64,000 nt of DNA from an uncultured Thiotrichaceae bacterium (GTDB lineage Bacteria; Pseudomonadota; Gammaproteobacteria; SZUA-229): assembly GCA_964466455.1 (NCBI GenBank), contig CAYXNL010000002.1, positions 9,964-73,963 of the forward strand, read 5' to 3'. Made by a program: the position numbers and the translations under genes. Shown here piece after piece: positions 41,887 to 53,815 of the stretch. Below the pieces are notes generated by a model. The model saw nothing but the letters and a program-made list of their open reading frames with translations. It made no database searches and was not told the DNA's origin. The first letter of the stretch is position 1. Every line of letters starts with the position of its first letter.

Positions 41887-43715
41887 AGCCAGAAAAATCT
41901 TTATCGCGTTCTCGTCAATCGGCTTCTCGTAAACGGGGGCAACAGCATAGAGTTAAAAAGACCCTGATGCCATGGCGGCGTTTTTCAGTCCTTGTTGTTT
42001 TTGTTGCGCTGGTGCTGGTGCTGGTGGGCAGAGCGTTGGATATACAGGTTTTGCGTAGTCAGTTTTATCAGCAACAGGGCGAGGCCAGACAGGTTCGTAC
42101 GATATCAATTCCTGCGCATCGTGGTGATATCATCGACCGAAATGGTCAACCACTTGCAATTAGTGCACCGGTAAAAAGTATCTGGATTAATCCGCGGAAA
42201 GTACAGGGTACTCATCTCGCACTGGCTCCACTGGCGAAATTACTGTCGCTGAATCCTGTGCATTTGCGAAAAAGAATTAAACGTAATGCCAGGCGTGAGT
42301 TTATGTATATTAAACGTCATATATCCCCACAACTTGCCAGTCAGGTGATGGCTTTATCCATACCGAGTGTTGCTGCGCAGAATGAATATCAACGTTATTA
42401 CCCCAGTGGTGAGGTGAGTGCGAATGTGGTGGGGTTTACTGATATTGATGACAATGGTCAGGAAGGTATAGAACGCGCATACAACAAAACCCTTAGAGGG
42501 GTGCCGGGTAAAGAGCGGGTAATACGAGATCGACTGGGCAGAGTCATTGATGATATTGAGCGTATTACACCGGTGCGACCGGGACAGGCTATTCAGCTAA
42601 GTCTGGATAAGCGCTTGCAGTATCTGACTTACCGTACTTTAAAAGCTGCGGTGATTAAAAATAATGCGGTGTCCGGATCAGCGGTAGTGCTTAATGCAAA
42701 AACTGGCGAAGTGCTGGCGATGGCTAACATGCCCTCATTTAATGTCAATGATAGAAAACAATTGACCCTGCAGGTAATGCGTAATCGGGCGGTAACCGAT
42801 GTGTTCGAACCGGGTTCAACCATGAAACCGATTAGTATTGCTGCTGCTCTGGAAAGTGGGCACTGGAAACCTTCCACTAAAATAAACACGTCGCCAGGCT
42901 ATTTAAGGCTGGGTAGAAATATTATTCGTGACGAAGGTAACTATGGGGTCCTGGATGTTGGCGGAGTGATTGAAAAATCCAGTAATGTTGGTGTAAGCAA
43001 AATTATGCTATCAATAAATAGTGATCTGCAATGGGATATGTATAAAAAGATAGGTTTTGGCATGAGTACCGGTAGTGGCTTTCCTGGCGAAGCGAGTGGA
43101 CATCTTTCACATAACGCAATGAAAAATGATTTTGCCCGAGCAACCATGGCATATGGTTACGGTATTTCGGTAACCCCTTTACAGCTTGCCCGTGCCTATG
43201 CGGCCATTGCCAATGACGGGGTGATGCCACCGATACGTTTTCTCTACGATAATCACACCGATGGTCTTGTTGGTAAACGGGTTATGTCGGCGCATATAGC
43301 CAGAGAGCTTAGAAAAATGATGCGACGTGTGGTGAACCCCGGGGGAACCGGAACACGGGCGCGTGTGGCTAATTATTCTGTTGCTGGCAAAACCGGTACG
43401 GTGCATAAATTTATTGCTGGAGGCTATGCCAAAGATCGTTATATTGCTATTTTCGCCGGGATGATTCCGGCAGGACAGCCACGGTTGGTGATGGTCGTTG
43501 TTATTGATGAGCCACGCAATGGTGAACACTATGGTGGGCAGGTGGCTGCACCGGTATTTAGTCAGGTTATGACTGGTGCTGTGCGTTTAATGAATATTGC
43601 ACCGGATAAGGTTTCACCGCAACGATTACTGACAGCAAAATGTAAAGTTCCGCTAGCTACTCATCATTTTCCTGCCGGGCGGCAAGTTAATCAGCTATCA
43701 GGCAGGAAGGTGTAA
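41883..43715 (+). CDS. ftsI: Peptidoglycan D,D-transpeptidase FtsI (PBP3)
   Basis: 610 aa with a TM anchor, PBP dimerisation domain, and transpeptidase motifs STMK, SSN, KTGT. Confidence 0.9.
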   Translation: MKPEKSLSRSRQSASRKRGQQHRVKKTLMPWRRFSVLVVFVALVLVLVGRALDIQVLRSQFYQQQGEARQVRTISIPAHRGDIIDRNGQPLAISAPVKSIWINPRKVQGTHLALAPLAKLLSLNPVHLRKRIKRNARREFMYIKRHISPQLASQVMALSIPSVAAQNEYQRYYPSGEVSANVVGFTDIDDNGQEGIERAYNKTLRGVPGKERVIRDRLGRVIDDIERITPVRPGQAIQLSLDKRLQYLTYRTLKAAVIKNNAVSGSAVVLNAKTGEVLAMANMPSFNVNDRKQLTLQVMRNRAVTDVFEPGSTMKPISIAAALESGHWKPSTKINTSPGYLRLGRNIIRDEGNYGVLDVGGVIEKSSNVGVSKIMLSINSDLQWDMYKKIGFGMSTGSGFPGEASGHLSHNAMKNDFARATMAYGYGISVTPLQLARAYAAIANDGVMPPIRFLYDNHTDGLVGKRVMSAHIARELRKMMRRVVNPGGTGTRARVANYSVAGKTGTVHKFIAGGYAKDRYIAIFAGMIPAGQPRLVMVVVIDEPRNGEHYGGQVAAPVFSQVMTGAVRLMNIAPDKVSPQRLLTAKCKVPLATHHFPAGRQVNQLSGRKV

Positions 43716-43719
43716 TGGT

Positions 43720-45258
43720 ATGAAAACGTCTATGCCACTGGATTTTTTGCTTGAAGGTTTTATCGACGATAGCATGATTGAGCAGTGTAAAAATATTGAA
43801 ATCAATGTGCTGGTGCAGGATAACCGCAAAGTAAGAAAGGGCAACCTGTTTATCGCTTATCAGGGCTTGAATACACACGGTCTGTTGTATGCGCAGGATG
43901 CGGTTGCCAAAGGGGCAAGCGTTGTGCTGTGGGATGGCGATATTGCTAATCGTGATGAAATATTAACCTCTATTTCCAGCAAGGCACTATGTCTTCACTG
44001 TAAAAATTTAAAATATAAAGTGGGTGAAATCGCTTCACGATTTTATGAACAGCCATCCTTATCACTGAATATGATTGGTGTAACTGGTACGGATGGTAAA
44101 ACCACTATCGCGCATTTTATTGCCCAGTGCCTGGATGCCTATGATGTCCATTGCGGCATACTGGGCACACTGGGAAATGGTTTTATTAATGATTTACATC
44201 CTACCGGATTAACTACCGTTGATGCCTTGCAGGTGCAGAAAACTCTGAGTGATATTAAAAATTCTGGTGCCAGACACGCGGTGATGGAAGTATCTTCTCA
44301 TGGACTGGAGCAGGGTCGGGTGAGCGGTGTGGCATTTACCACCGCAGTATTCAGTAACCTTGCTTCGGATCACATGGACTATCACAAATCTATGGATAAC
44401 TATATTGAAGCAAAACGAAAACTTTTCTATACGCCGGGTTTAAAAGCGGCTGTTATTAATCTCGATGACAAGTTTGGTCGTGTGCTGGCAAAAGAATGTC
44501 GACAGCATGTTTGTGTCTGGGGGTATAGTCAGCAGAAAAATACTCATCTATACGACGATTGTGCTGATTATCTGGTTCATGCTACTGAAATAGAACCGTA
44601 TAAACATGGTTTTCAGCTTGCTGTTACGACTCCCGTAGGTGCTGGACATTTCGATATACCAGTACTGGGACGTTTTAATGTATCAAATGTACTTGCAGTG
44701 CTGGCAACACTGCTGATTAGTCAATCGAGTTTTGATGATGCAATAAAAAGTCTGCGTAATATTCATCCGGTTGACGGTCGGGTGGAATTAATTGCTGAAG
44801 AAGGTAAACCAGTGGTGGTGGTGGATTATGCACATACCGAACAGGGGCTGGCTGCAGTCTGTCAGTCGGTTCGTGAGCATTTTAGCGGTGATCTGTGGTG
44901 CGTGTTCGGCTGTGGCGGTGATCGTGACCGCAGTAAACGTCCATTGATGGCAAAAGTGGTGGAAAAATATGCAGATAAAATTATTGTAACCACCGATAAC
45001 CCGCGGCATGAGGATCCATCAAAAATTATTGATGAAATTATGGCGGGTTTCGTCCAGACAGATAATGTGGAGCGCATCGTTGATCGGCGTGAAGCCATAG
45101 AAATAGCAATAGCTAATGCGAAAAGTAATGATGTGGTATTGCTTGCAGGTAAGGGGCATGAAACCAGTCAGATTGTCGATGATATCCATATTGCCTTTGA
45201 TGATCGTCGGGTAGCTCGTGAATTTCTTGCCATAAGAGAAAGCGGAGAGGTTTTGTGA
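43720..45258 (+). CDS. murE: UDP-MurNAc-L-Ala-D-Glu:meso-DAP ligase
   Basis: 512 aa, Mur ligase with GVTGTDGKTT P-loop and the DNPR motif typical of meso-DAP-adding MurE. Confidence 0.9.
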   Translation: MKTSMPLDFLLEGFIDDSMIEQCKNIEINVLVQDNRKVRKGNLFIAYQGLNTHGLLYAQDAVAKGASVVLWDGDIANRDEILTSISSKALCLHCKNLKYKVGEIASRFYEQPSLSLNMIGVTGTDGKTTIAHFIAQCLDAYDVHCGILGTLGNGFINDLHPTGLTTVDALQVQKTLSDIKNSGARHAVMEVSSHGLEQGRVSGVAFTTAVFSNLASDHMDYHKSMDNYIEAKRKLFYTPGLKAAVINLDDKFGRVLAKECRQHVCVWGYSQQKNTHLYDDCADYLVHATEIEPYKHGFQLAVTTPVGAGHFDIPVLGRFNVSNVLAVLATLLISQSSFDDAIKSLRNIHPVDGRVELIAEEGKPVVVVDYAHTEQGLAAVCQSVREHFSGDLWCVFGCGGDRDRSKRPLMAKVVEKYADKIIVTTDNPRHEDPSKIIDEIMAGFVQTDNVERIVDRREAIEIAIANAKSNDVVLLAGKGHETSQIVDDIHIAFDDRRVAREFLAIRESGEVL

Positions 45259-46646
45259 TGCATTTATCTCAGGCCGCTAATGCCATACATGCCAGCCTGT
45301 ATGGTGATGATGTGTTGTTTACATCGGTATCAAAGGATAGCCGAAATATACATCGGGGTGATATATATATTGCGATTAAAGGAGACCACTTTGATGGTCA
45401 TAACTTTATTGAGCAGGCAGAGAAAGCCGGTGCAGTGGCCGCACTGGTCAGTGAAAAACAGCGTAGTGAATTACCCCAGCTTTGTGTGCGTGATACTCGT
45501 TTGGCGCTTGGTCAACTGGCGGCATACTGGACACAGCAATGGCATCAAATGGACGCCCATATGCTGGTAGGCATTACCGGTAGTAACGGGAAAACCACCG
45601 TCAAAGAAATGTGTCGAAGTATTTTCTCACAGGCGGTTGGTAGTGGAAGTATCCTATGTACACAGGGTAACCTGAATAATGATATTGGTATGCCGTTAAC
45701 ACTGCTGGGTTTACGTGGTAACCATCGGTATGCAGTGATAGAAATGGGTGCGAATCACAGTGAAGAAATTAATTACCTGAGTGATATTGCAAAACCGGAT
45801 ATTGCTGTAATTACCAATGTTGGTTCAGCGCATTTGGAGGGTTTTGGTTCAGAAGAAAACATTGCTGTTGCCAAAGCGGAAATATTTAATGGCTTGAACA
45901 GTCGGGGAATTGCGGTGATAAATGCCGATGACAGGTTTGCTGGGAAATGGTTACAACAAATATCAGCGCATTCTCATCTGTTATTTTCCATGAAAAATAA
46001 AAAGGCAGATATCTATGCCTGGCCGATGGAAAACGGGAAATATGGCGTTACGACTCCACAGGGAGAAACGATTATTCAATTACCGGTACCGGGTAAGCAC
46101 AATATGATGAATGCATTAGCAGCAACGGCGGTTGCCTGTGCAGCGGATATAAATTTACAGGCAATTACTGAAGGCCTGCAAACATTTGAAAATATTAGCG
46201 GAAGGTTGAAATATACAGTACTGAAAAATGGCAGTGTAATAATTGATGATAGCTATAATGCCAACCCCTTATCCGTACGAGCTGCAATTGATGTGTTAGT
46301 AGAACAGTGCGGGTACTCTGGTTCACAATTAGCAAAACGTATACTGGTGCTGGGTGATATGGCTGAGCTGGGTGATGATGCCGCACAGTTACATGCTGAA
46401 ACAGGAACGTATGCCAGAACCACTGGCGTTGATATTGTTTATACAAGCGGACAATATGGAAAGAACACGGTTGATGCATTTGGACAGGCAGGTGTGTATT
46501 TTGTGACACAGGAGGATGTAATCAATCATCTGCTGACCACCCTGCAGGGTGGTGAAATTATTTTAATCAAAGGTTCACGCAGTGCGCGTATGGATAAAGT
46601 TGTTAGCGCATTACTGGATCAATATCCTGTGCGGAGAATGCACTGA
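45255..46646 (+). CDS. murF: UDP-MurNAc-tripeptide:D-Ala-D-Ala ligase
   Basis: 463 aa, Mur ligase ([10 protein letters not shown]), after murE. Confidence 0.9.
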   Translation: MMHLSQAANAIHASLYGDDVLFTSVSKDSRNIHRGDIYIAIKGDHFDGHNFIEQAEKAGAVAALVSEKQRSELPQLCVRDTRLALGQLAAYWTQQWHQMDAHMLVGITGSNGKTTVKEMCRSIFSQAVGSGSILCTQGNLNNDIGMPLTLLGLRGNHRYAVIEMGANHSEEINYLSDIAKPDIAVITNVGSAHLEGFGSEENIAVAKAEIFNGLNSRGIAVINADDRFAGKWLQQISAHSHLLFSMKNKKADIYAWPMENGKYGVTTPQGETIIQLPVPGKHNMMNALAATAVACAADINLQAITEGLQTFENISGRLKYTVLKNGSVIIDDSYNANPLSVRAAIDVLVEQCGYSGSQLAKRILVLGDMAELGDDAAQLHAETGTYARTTGVDIVYTSGQYGKNTVDAFGQAGVYFVTQEDVINHLLTTLQGGEIILIKGSRSARMDKVVSALLDQYPVRRMH

Positions 46647-47728
46647 TGTTTCTTATTCTGAGCGAGTATTTGCAACAATATGAAAGCGGGTTCTCCGTCT
46701 TCCATTACATTACCCTGCGTGCCATTCTTGCTACCATAACCGCGCTGTTTTTATCCCTGCTAGTTGGCCCCGCAATGATTCGCAAACTGTCAAGTTACAA
46801 CATTGGTCAGCAGATCAGGGATGATGGTCCGCAATCACATTTATCCAAAGCCGGAACGCCAACGATGGGCGGCGCGCTGATTCTGGTTTCAATCGCATTA
46901 AGCACCCTGCTGTGGAGTGATCTGAGCAGTCTGAAAGTCTGGGTGGTATTGGGCGTTACGCTATCATTCGGATTTATCGGCGGTGTTGATGACTACAAAA
47001 AACTGGTTTATGGCAATTCAAAAGGCCTGTCTGCCAAAACCAAGTATTTCTGGCAGACGGTATTCGGTTTACTGGCGGCCAGTATTATTTATAGTTATGC
47101 GACAACGCCGGTAGAAACTACATTAATTTTCCCTTTTCTGAAACATGTTTATCTGCCGATGGGAGCCTTTTTTATTATATTTGCCTATCTGGTTATTGTC
47201 GGTACAAGTAATGCAGTAAATCTGACGGATGGTCTGGACGGGCTGGCAATTATGCCAACGGTGATGGTTGCTGCGGCGCTGGGTATTTTTGCCTATGTTA
47301 CCGGGCACACTACCTTTGCAAATTATCTGGGAATTCCCTATGTGGCCGGTGTTGGTGAGCTGGCTATTTTCTGCGGCACGATGGTTGGTGCCGGGCTGGG
47401 TTTCCTCTGGTTTAATACTTACCCTGCACAGGTTTTTATGGGCGATGTGGGTGCGCTGGCATTGGGGGCGGCGCTGGGCGTTGTCGCCGTATATGTTCGT
47501 CAGGAGTTGGTGCTGGTTATTATGGGAGGTGTCTTTGTGATGGAAACATTTTCCGTCATTATGCAGGTGGCATCATTCAAGTTAACCGGTAAACGTATTT
47601 TTAAAATGGCACCAATACACCATCATTTTGAATTAAAAGGCTGGCCGGAACCGCGGGTTATTGTTCGTTTCTGGATCATTACTGTGATACTGGTACTGAT
47701 TGGTCTGTCATCACTGAAGATTCGTTAA
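46646..47728 (+). CDS. mraY: Phospho-MurNAc-pentapeptide translocase
   Basis: 360-aa polytopic membrane protein with MraY motifs ([18 protein letters not shown]). Confidence 0.9.
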   Translation: MFLILSEYLQQYESGFSVFHYITLRAILATITALFLSLLVGPAMIRKLSSYNIGQQIRDDGPQSHLSKAGTPTMGGALILVSIALSTLLWSDLSSLKVWVVLGVTLSFGFIGGVDDYKKLVYGNSKGLSAKTKYFWQTVFGLLAASIIYSYATTPVETTLIFPFLKHVYLPMGAFFIIFAYLVIVGTSNAVNLTDGLDGLAIMPTVMVAAALGIFAYVTGHTTFANYLGIPYVAGVGELAIFCGTMVGAGLGFLWFNTYPAQVFMGDVGALALGAALGVVAVYVRQELVLVIMGGVFVMETFSVIMQVASFKLTGKRIFKMAPIHHHFELKGWPEPRVIVRFWIITVILVLIGLSSLKIR

Positions 47729-47734
47729 AAAATT

Positions 47735-49162
47735 ATGATTGCAACCGTGATAACACAGAAAAAACAGACAGCTTATACCCTGGTCGTAGGCCTGGGGAAA
47801 ACTGGCTTGTCAGTGGTGTCCTATTTATCCGCATTGGGTGAAAAAGTTATTGTGGTGGATAGCCGTGATATTCCTCCCGGTCTGTCGGTGTTAAAACAGC
47901 AGTATCCTGATGTATCAATTATTACCGGTAGTTTTAAAGAAGAATTGTTTACTCATGCACATCGCATTATTGTGAGTCCGGGAGTGCCATGTACCACTCC
48001 GGCCATACAGCATGCCAGAAGCAAAGCAATAGAAGTTTGTGGTGATATTGATTTATTTGCACATGAAGTAACCGCCCCGGTGGTAGGAATTACCGGTTCT
48101 AACGGTAAAACTACCGTGACCAGTTTGTTAACGCAGATGGCAAAAAATGCCGGTCTGGATGCGATGGCTGGCGGCAATATTGGTATGCCAGTGCTTGATA
48201 TGCTAAATGCAGAAGAAATGTCGGAAAATACGGCGGAGAAAAAACTCTATGTGCTGGAGCTGTCCAGTTTTCAATTGGAGACCTTACATTATTTGCCGGT
48301 GAAAACAGCAGTGGTATTAAATATCAGTGCTGATCATATGGATCGTTATGAAAATATGGCCGCCTACGCCTACAGCAAACAGAGTATTTATGATAATGCA
48401 GAGACGCTGGTTATCAATGCCGATGACGTACTTGCTGTGCCGCTATCGGTGGGGAACAGGAGAGTCATCGAATTTACCCTGTCAGTACCGCAGGATAATC
48501 AGTTTGGTCTGGTTGAAAATAATGCTGGATTATTTCTTTATTATGGTCAGCAGTGTTTGATTTGCGCACAGGAGATTAAGCTCAGAGGTCGACATAATTT
48601 ACAAAATGCACTGGCTTCCCTGGCAATGGGAACAGCAATCGGTCTGCCTCTGGATATCATGCTGGAGACTTTAAAAACATTTTCCGGTCTGCCACACCGT
48701 ACCCAGTGGGTGACACAAATAAACGGTGTGCAGTGGTTTAATGATTCAAAAGCAACCAATGCAGGCGCAGCTATTGCAGCGATAAAAGGTTTACCGGGCA
48801 GGCATGTTCTGATTGCTGGCGGCGAAGCAAAAGGAGCGGATTTTTCCGGGCTGGCTTCAGTTATTATTGAATATTGTAATGCAGTTATCCTGCTCGGCAG
48901 GGATGCAGGCAAATTAGCCAGGAATATTGAACTGGCGTTAGCAACAGAAAATAAACGCACTGGCAAGACGTTAACGTTGCCTGTTAAACGTGTTAATGAT
49001 ATGCAGACGGCAGTACTGACTGCTTATGAGCTGGCAGAGAATGGTGATAACGTTCTACTGGCGCCTGCCTGTGCGAGTTTTGATATGTTTGATAATTTTG
49101 AACATCGTGGCAATGTTTATATGCAATTTGTCAGAGCGTTAGCCGGAGAGTCGTTGACGTGA
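47735..49162 (+). CDS. murD: UDP-MurNAc-L-Ala:D-Glu ligase
   Basis: 475 aa with an N-terminal Rossmann-like domain and a [11 protein letters not shown]-loop. Confidence 0.9.
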   Translation: MIATVITQKKQTAYTLVVGLGKTGLSVVSYLSALGEKVIVVDSRDIPPGLSVLKQQYPDVSIITGSFKEELFTHAHRIIVSPGVPCTTPAIQHARSKAIEVCGDIDLFAHEVTAPVVGITGSNGKTTVTSLLTQMAKNAGLDAMAGGNIGMPVLDMLNAEEMSENTAEKKLYVLELSSFQLETLHYLPVKTAVVLNISADHMDRYENMAAYAYSKQSIYDNAETLVINADDVLAVPLSVGNRRVIEFTLSVPQDNQFGLVENNAGLFLYYGQQCLICAQEIKLRGRHNLQNALASLAMGTAIGLPLDIMLETLKTFSGLPHRTQWVTQINGVQWFNDSKATNAGAAIAAIKGLPGRHVLIAGGEAKGADFSGLASVIIEYCNAVILLGRDAGKLARNIELALATENKRTGKTLTLPVKRVNDMQTAVLTAYELAENGDNVLLAPACASFDMFDNFEHRGNVYMQFVRALAGESLT

Positions 49163-50397
49163 GTATTAACACTTCCCTATCTGGCTTTATCAATCCTTTC
49201 GGTGGTCTGCAAAACTATGATCCAGAAGATATGGATATGGTCTTGCTGCTTGCTGCCATTACCCTGCTCAGTCTTGGTGTCATAATGGTGGCATCGGCAT
49301 CTATCAGTGTGGCGGACAGAAATTTTTCAAATCCATTTTACTATCTGGAGCACCAGCTTGCTTTTGTTGCGGTGGGTGTGGTTGCCGCCTTGCTTGTCTT
49401 TAAAATACGACTGGTGCAGTGGGAAAAATCAGGTATGGCGTTATTAATTTTTGCCCTGTTTCTGCTGCTGCTGGTTTTAATTCCGGGTATTGGTAAAACC
49501 GTTAATGGCAGTACCCGCTGGTTGCCCATTGGTATCTTTAATTTACAGGTATCCGAACTGGTTAAGCTGTTTTTGATTATCTATGTAGCCGGTTATCTGG
49601 TACGTCATGGTGAAGATGTGCGGACAACCATGTGGGGGTTTTTAAAACCGATGATAATGGTCGGTCTGGCCGGCCTGCTATTATTACTTGAACCGGATTT
49701 CGGCGCTACCGTTGTATTGATGGCAACGGTACTGGGTATGACTTATTTATGCGGTGTGCGTTTTACCCAGTTTTTTTCTTTTGTTATCCTGTTCGGTGGT
49801 GCTGCACTATTACTGGTTGTTACTTCCCCTTATCGCATGCAACGCCTGGTTTCATTTACCAATCCCTGGGCGGATCCATTCAATAGTGGTTTCCAGCTAA
49901 CACAGTCATTAATAGCCATTGGAACCGGTGGCTGGTTTGGCACAGGACTCGGTGGCAGTATACAGAAATTATTTTATCTTCCAGAAGCACATACCGATTT
50001 TCTATTTGCCATCTTATCGGAAGAGCTAGGTTTTGCCGGTGTAATGCTGGTGATCGTCCTCTATAGCATTGTCTTTTTCCGCGCTTTTCGCATTGCCGTA
50101 CGGGCAGAACTGGCTGGCAATTTTTTTGCCTCGTATCTGGCTTACGGTATCGGTATCTGGTTGGCAATTCAGGCAATAATTAATATCGGTGTCAATATGG
50201 GCTTGCTGCCAACCAAAGGGCTAACCTTACCATTGATGAGTTATGGCGGTAGCAGTCTAGTCGTGTCCTGTATAGCCATTGGTTTGTTAATGCGAATTCA
50301 TTATGAAAGTGTCACGATATCGAAGCAGGCGGTGACGCGGTCAGGTAAAAAGAAGCGACAGAAAAAATACCGGGCACTGGAGGCGCGACATGCTTGA
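49159..50397 (+). CDS. ftsW: Peptidoglycan glycosyltransferase FtsW (SEDS family)
   Basis: 412-aa polytopic SEDS protein with a GTG start, between murD and murG. Confidence 0.85.
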   Translation: MSINTSLSGFINPFGGLQNYDPEDMDMVLLLAAITLLSLGVIMVASASISVADRNFSNPFYYLEHQLAFVAVGVVAALLVFKIRLVQWEKSGMALLIFALFLLLLVLIPGIGKTVNGSTRWLPIGIFNLQVSELVKLFLIIYVAGYLVRHGEDVRTTMWGFLKPMIMVGLAGLLLLLEPDFGATVVLMATVLGMTYLCGVRFTQFFSFVILFGGAALLLVVTSPYRMQRLVSFTNPWADPFNSGFQLTQSLIAIGTGGWFGTGLGGSIQKLFYLPEAHTDFLFAILSEELGFAGVMLVIVLYSIVFFRAFRIAVRAELAGNFFASYLAYGIGIWLAIQAIINIGVNMGLLPTKGLTLPLMSYGGSSLVVSCIAIGLLMRIHYESVTISKQAVTRSGKKKRQKKYRALEARHA

Positions 50398-51472
50398 TGT
50401 GCGTCCGGTTTTAATTATGGCAGGTGGTACCGGTGGTCATGTCTTTCCGGCACTCGCTGTCGCAGATGAGTTGCGCCAGCGAGGCGTTCCGGTGGTCTGG
50501 CTGGGAACACGCGCCGGAATAGAAGCCAGGCTGGTTGTGCAGGCCGGTTATCCGATTGAATGGTTAAGTGTTACCGGCTTACGCGGTAAGAAGCTGTCCA
50601 CACTTATACTGGCACCATTAACGTTGACTCGAGCCTGCTGGCAGGCACTGATGATTATACGTAAACGTCGTCCCTGTGCAGTACTTGGTATGGGTGGTTT
50701 TGCCTCCGGGCCAGGTGGTTTTATGGCATGGTTAAGTCATACCCCATTATTGATTCATGAGCAAAATGCTATTCCGGGTTTAACTAACCGCTTATTATCA
50801 AAAATTTCAGGGACCGTTATGCAGGCATTTCCTTCAGCATTTGGAAGCAGGGCAAAAACACTGGGTAATCCGGTAAGAAAAACAATTTGTGACCTGCCTT
50901 TACCTGGAAAGCGTCTGCCATTACATCAGGGACGGTTACGTTTGCTGGTCGTTGGTGGCAGCCTGGGTGCGGTAAAACTAAACGAATTATTGCCACAGGC
51001 ACTGGCAAAAATAGACCCGCAGGTGCGTCCTGAAGTGATACATCAGACAGGAATAAAAAATCTGGATACGGCTCGCAGAACCTACCATCAATATTGTGTT
51101 GAAGCAAAGGTTAATGCCTTTATTGATGATATGGCAGCAGCGTATGCGTGGGCAGATCTGGTTATCTGCCGGGCCGGTGCGATGACGGTATTTGAACTGG
51201 CGGCTGTTGGTATTGCCTCTATACTGGTGCCATATCCTTATGCGGTAGATGACCATCAAAGTGCAAATGCGGCTTTTCTGGAGGCAGCTGGTGGCGCTAT
51301 TGTGAAGCAGCAGAAAGTGCTGGATAGTAACTGGTTGACTGCGATAATTATTGATTTAATGCAGCATCGTGAACGTCTGTTGCAAATGGCCAATGCAGCG
51401 CGTGTACTGGCAATGCCTGAGTCTGCAAAGCAGATTGCCGACCTGTGCATGAATGCGGGTGAGATACTATGA
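50390..51472 (+). CDS. murG: Lipid II synthase (UDP-GlcNAc:MurNAc-pentapeptide GlcNAc transferase)
   Basis: 360 aa, GT-B fold, G-loop GGTGGHVFPALA. Confidence 0.9.
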   Translation: MLDVRPVLIMAGGTGGHVFPALAVADELRQRGVPVVWLGTRAGIEARLVVQAGYPIEWLSVTGLRGKKLSTLILAPLTLTRACWQALMIIRKRRPCAVLGMGGFASGPGGFMAWLSHTPLLIHEQNAIPGLTNRLLSKISGTVMQAFPSAFGSRAKTLGNPVRKTICDLPLPGKRLPLHQGRLRLLVVGGSLGAVKLNELLPQALAKIDPQVRPEVIHQTGIKNLDTARRTYHQYCVEAKVNAFIDDMAAAYAWADLVICRAGAMTVFELAAVGIASILVPYPYAVDDHQSANAAFLEAAGGAIVKQQKVLDSNWLTAIIIDLMQHRERLLQMANAARVLAMPESAKQIADLCMNAGEIL

Positions 51473-52905
51473 TGCAACAGATTAAACCAATAGACTCATT
51501 TATGCGTCGTATTCAAAAAGTGCATTTTGTGGGTATTGGTGGTGCCGGGATGAGTGGTATTGCCGATGTTATGCATGATCTGGGTTATGTAATAAGCGGC
51601 TCGGATATTGCTGAAAATTCAGCAATCAGGCATCTGAAAAAACAGGGTGTCAGGGTATATATGTCGCATTGTGCAGAGAATGTAGCGAATGTTGATGTGG
51701 TGGTAACCTCTACAGCGATTGACAAAAATAATGTAGAGGTGCTGGCGGCGCAGGTACAACGTATTCCCGTTGTCCCACGTGCGCAGATGCTGGCAGAAAT
51801 TATGCGTTTCAGTCATGGTATTGCGGTAGCTGGCACTCATGGCAAGACCACGACGACTTCACTGATTGCGAGTATTCTGGCCGAAGGTGGGCTTGACCCC
51901 ACCTATGTTATTGGTGGGAAATTAAACAGTTCGGCAAAACATGCACGTCTGGGCAAAAGTAAATATCTGGTTGCCGAAGCGGATGAAAGTGATGCTTCAT
52001 TTTTATGTTTACAACCGATTCTTGCAGTGGTTACAAATATTGATGCCGATCACCTGCCAACCTATGATGGTGATTTTAATAAACTAAAAAAAACATTTGT
52101 CGAATTTCTACACCACCTGCCTTTTTACGGGCTGGCTGTATTGTGTGTTGACGATGATGAAGTGCGAAGTCTTCTACCTGAAATTAATCGACCAGTAATT
52201 CGTTATGGTATCGAACAGGATGCCGATGTGTGTGCATCCGGTATTAAATTTAACGGGGCCAGAACTGAGTTTAACGTGATGTTGCCAGATTCAGATCAGG
52301 TATTGCCTGTCACCTTGAATATGCCGGGAAGACATAATGTTCTAAATGCCCTGGCAGCAATCAGTGTGGCAAATGAACTGGGTGTGGAGCGCGAAGCAAT
52401 ACAGCGTGCCTTATCTATTTTTGCAGGCATTGGCCGCCGTATGCATCGTTATGGTGACGTTACACTTTCAGATAGTGTAAGCGCCAGAATTCCTTTACTG
52501 GACGACTACGCCCATCATCCTACCGAAATCACGGCAACGCTTGATGCGGTAAGAAAAGGCTGGCCTGATAAACGACTGGTAGTCGTGTTTCAGCCACACC
52601 GTTATACCCGAACACGCGATCTGTTTGAAGATTTTTCCCAGATACTGGCAGATGTGGATGTACTGATTTTGAGTGAAGTATATGCCGCCGGTGAAAAGGT
52701 TATTTCTGGTGCAGACGGACGTTCATTATGTGCGGCTATTCGGGCGCGGGGGAAGGTTAATCCAATTTTTATAGATGATATTCAAAGTCTGCATGAAACG
52801 CTTAAAACTATTATAAAGAAAGATGATCTTGTCTTAACCATGGGAGCTGGCAGTATTGGTCGGGTAGCATCAGCGCTCAGGGAACAACTACAGGCGGTGC
52901 TATGA
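51469..52905 (+). CDS. murC: UDP-MurNAc:L-Ala ligase
   Basis: 478 aa, Mur ligase (GTHGKTTTTS). Confidence 0.9.
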   Translation: MMQQIKPIDSFMRRIQKVHFVGIGGAGMSGIADVMHDLGYVISGSDIAENSAIRHLKKQGVRVYMSHCAENVANVDVVVTSTAIDKNNVEVLAAQVQRIPVVPRAQMLAEIMRFSHGIAVAGTHGKTTTTSLIASILAEGGLDPTYVIGGKLNSSAKHARLGKSKYLVAEADESDASFLCLQPILAVVTNIDADHLPTYDGDFNKLKKTFVEFLHHLPFYGLAVLCVDDDEVRSLLPEINRPVIRYGIEQDADVCASGIKFNGARTEFNVMLPDSDQVLPVTLNMPGRHNVLNALAAISVANELGVEREAIQRALSIFAGIGRRMHRYGDVTLSDSVSARIPLLDDYAHHPTEITATLDAVRKGWPDKRLVVVFQPHRYTRTRDLFEDFSQILADVDVLILSEVYAAGEKVISGADGRSLCAAIRARGKVNPIFIDDIQSLHETLKTIIKKDDLVLTMGAGSIGRVASALREQLQAVL

Positions 52906-52906
52906 A

Positions 52907-53815
52907 ATGTCGGGTATGGCAACAATGATACAGTCTGAACAGATTTGTGAAGTGATTGAAAATGAACCGATGTCACGCCATACAAGCTGGCGGGCAGGAG
53001 GCTGCGCACGACATTATGCGATTCCCCGTACGCTGGAACAGTTACAGCAGTTAATGGTTTTATTACCCGCGTCAGAAAAAATTGAATGGATGGGTCTAGG
53101 TAGTAATACGCTGGTACGTGACGGTGGCTTCAATGGCACTATTGTAGCCACACAGCATATGATGAATAAAATAAAACAGCTTAACTCGCAGACACTTTAT
53201 ATTGGAGCCGGTGTGCCTGATGCAAAGCTGGCGCGCTTTTGTACACAACGGGGTATGCATGAAGCTGCGTTTTTTGCTGGTATTCCAGGGTTGTTTGGTG
53301 GTGCGCTGGCAATGAATGCGGGTGCGTGGGGAGGGGAGACCTGGACGCATGTTATCAGTGTAGAAACAATGAACCGAAAAGGAGAAATTCAGCAACGCCA
53401 GCGTGATGAATTTGATATTTCCTACCGGCAGGTAGGTAAACATCATGGAGAATGGTTTGTGGGTGCAATAATGCATTTTAAAGTTAGTGATAACAGTCAG
53501 GGCGTGATTAATAGTAAACAGTTATTAGCCGAACGTGCCCGCTTACAACCAACCGGAGTAGCCAGTTGTGGCTCGGTTTTTCGTAATCCTGAAGCTGATT
53601 ATGCCGCCAGATTAATTGAACAATGTGGTCTGAAAGGCACGCGCATTGGTGGAGCCGTTGTCTCCGGGAAACATGCAAATTTTATTATCAATGACAATAA
53701 CGCCAGTGCCAGTGATATTGAACTGTTAATTGAACAGATACGGCAAATGGTTAAACAGCAGCGAGGTATTTTACTGCAACCGGAAGTAAAAATTATTGGA
53801 GAAAAGAACTGGTGA
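52907..53815 (+). CDS. murB: UDP-N-acetylenolpyruvoylglucosamine reductase
   Basis: 302 aa with an FAD-binding PCMH domain and a MurB C-terminal domain. Confidence 0.85.
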   Translation: MSGMATMIQSEQICEVIENEPMSRHTSWRAGGCARHYAIPRTLEQLQQLMVLLPASEKIEWMGLGSNTLVRDGGFNGTIVATQHMMNKIKQLNSQTLYIGAGVPDAKLARFCTQRGMHEAAFFAGIPGLFGGALAMNAGAWGGETWTHVISVETMNRKGEIQQRQRDEFDISYRQVGKHHGEWFVGAIMHFKVSDNSQGVINSKQLLAERARLQPTGVASCGSVFRNPEADYAARLIEQCGLKGTRIGGAVVSGKHANFIINDNNASASDIELLIEQIRQMVKQQRGILLQPEVKIIGEKNW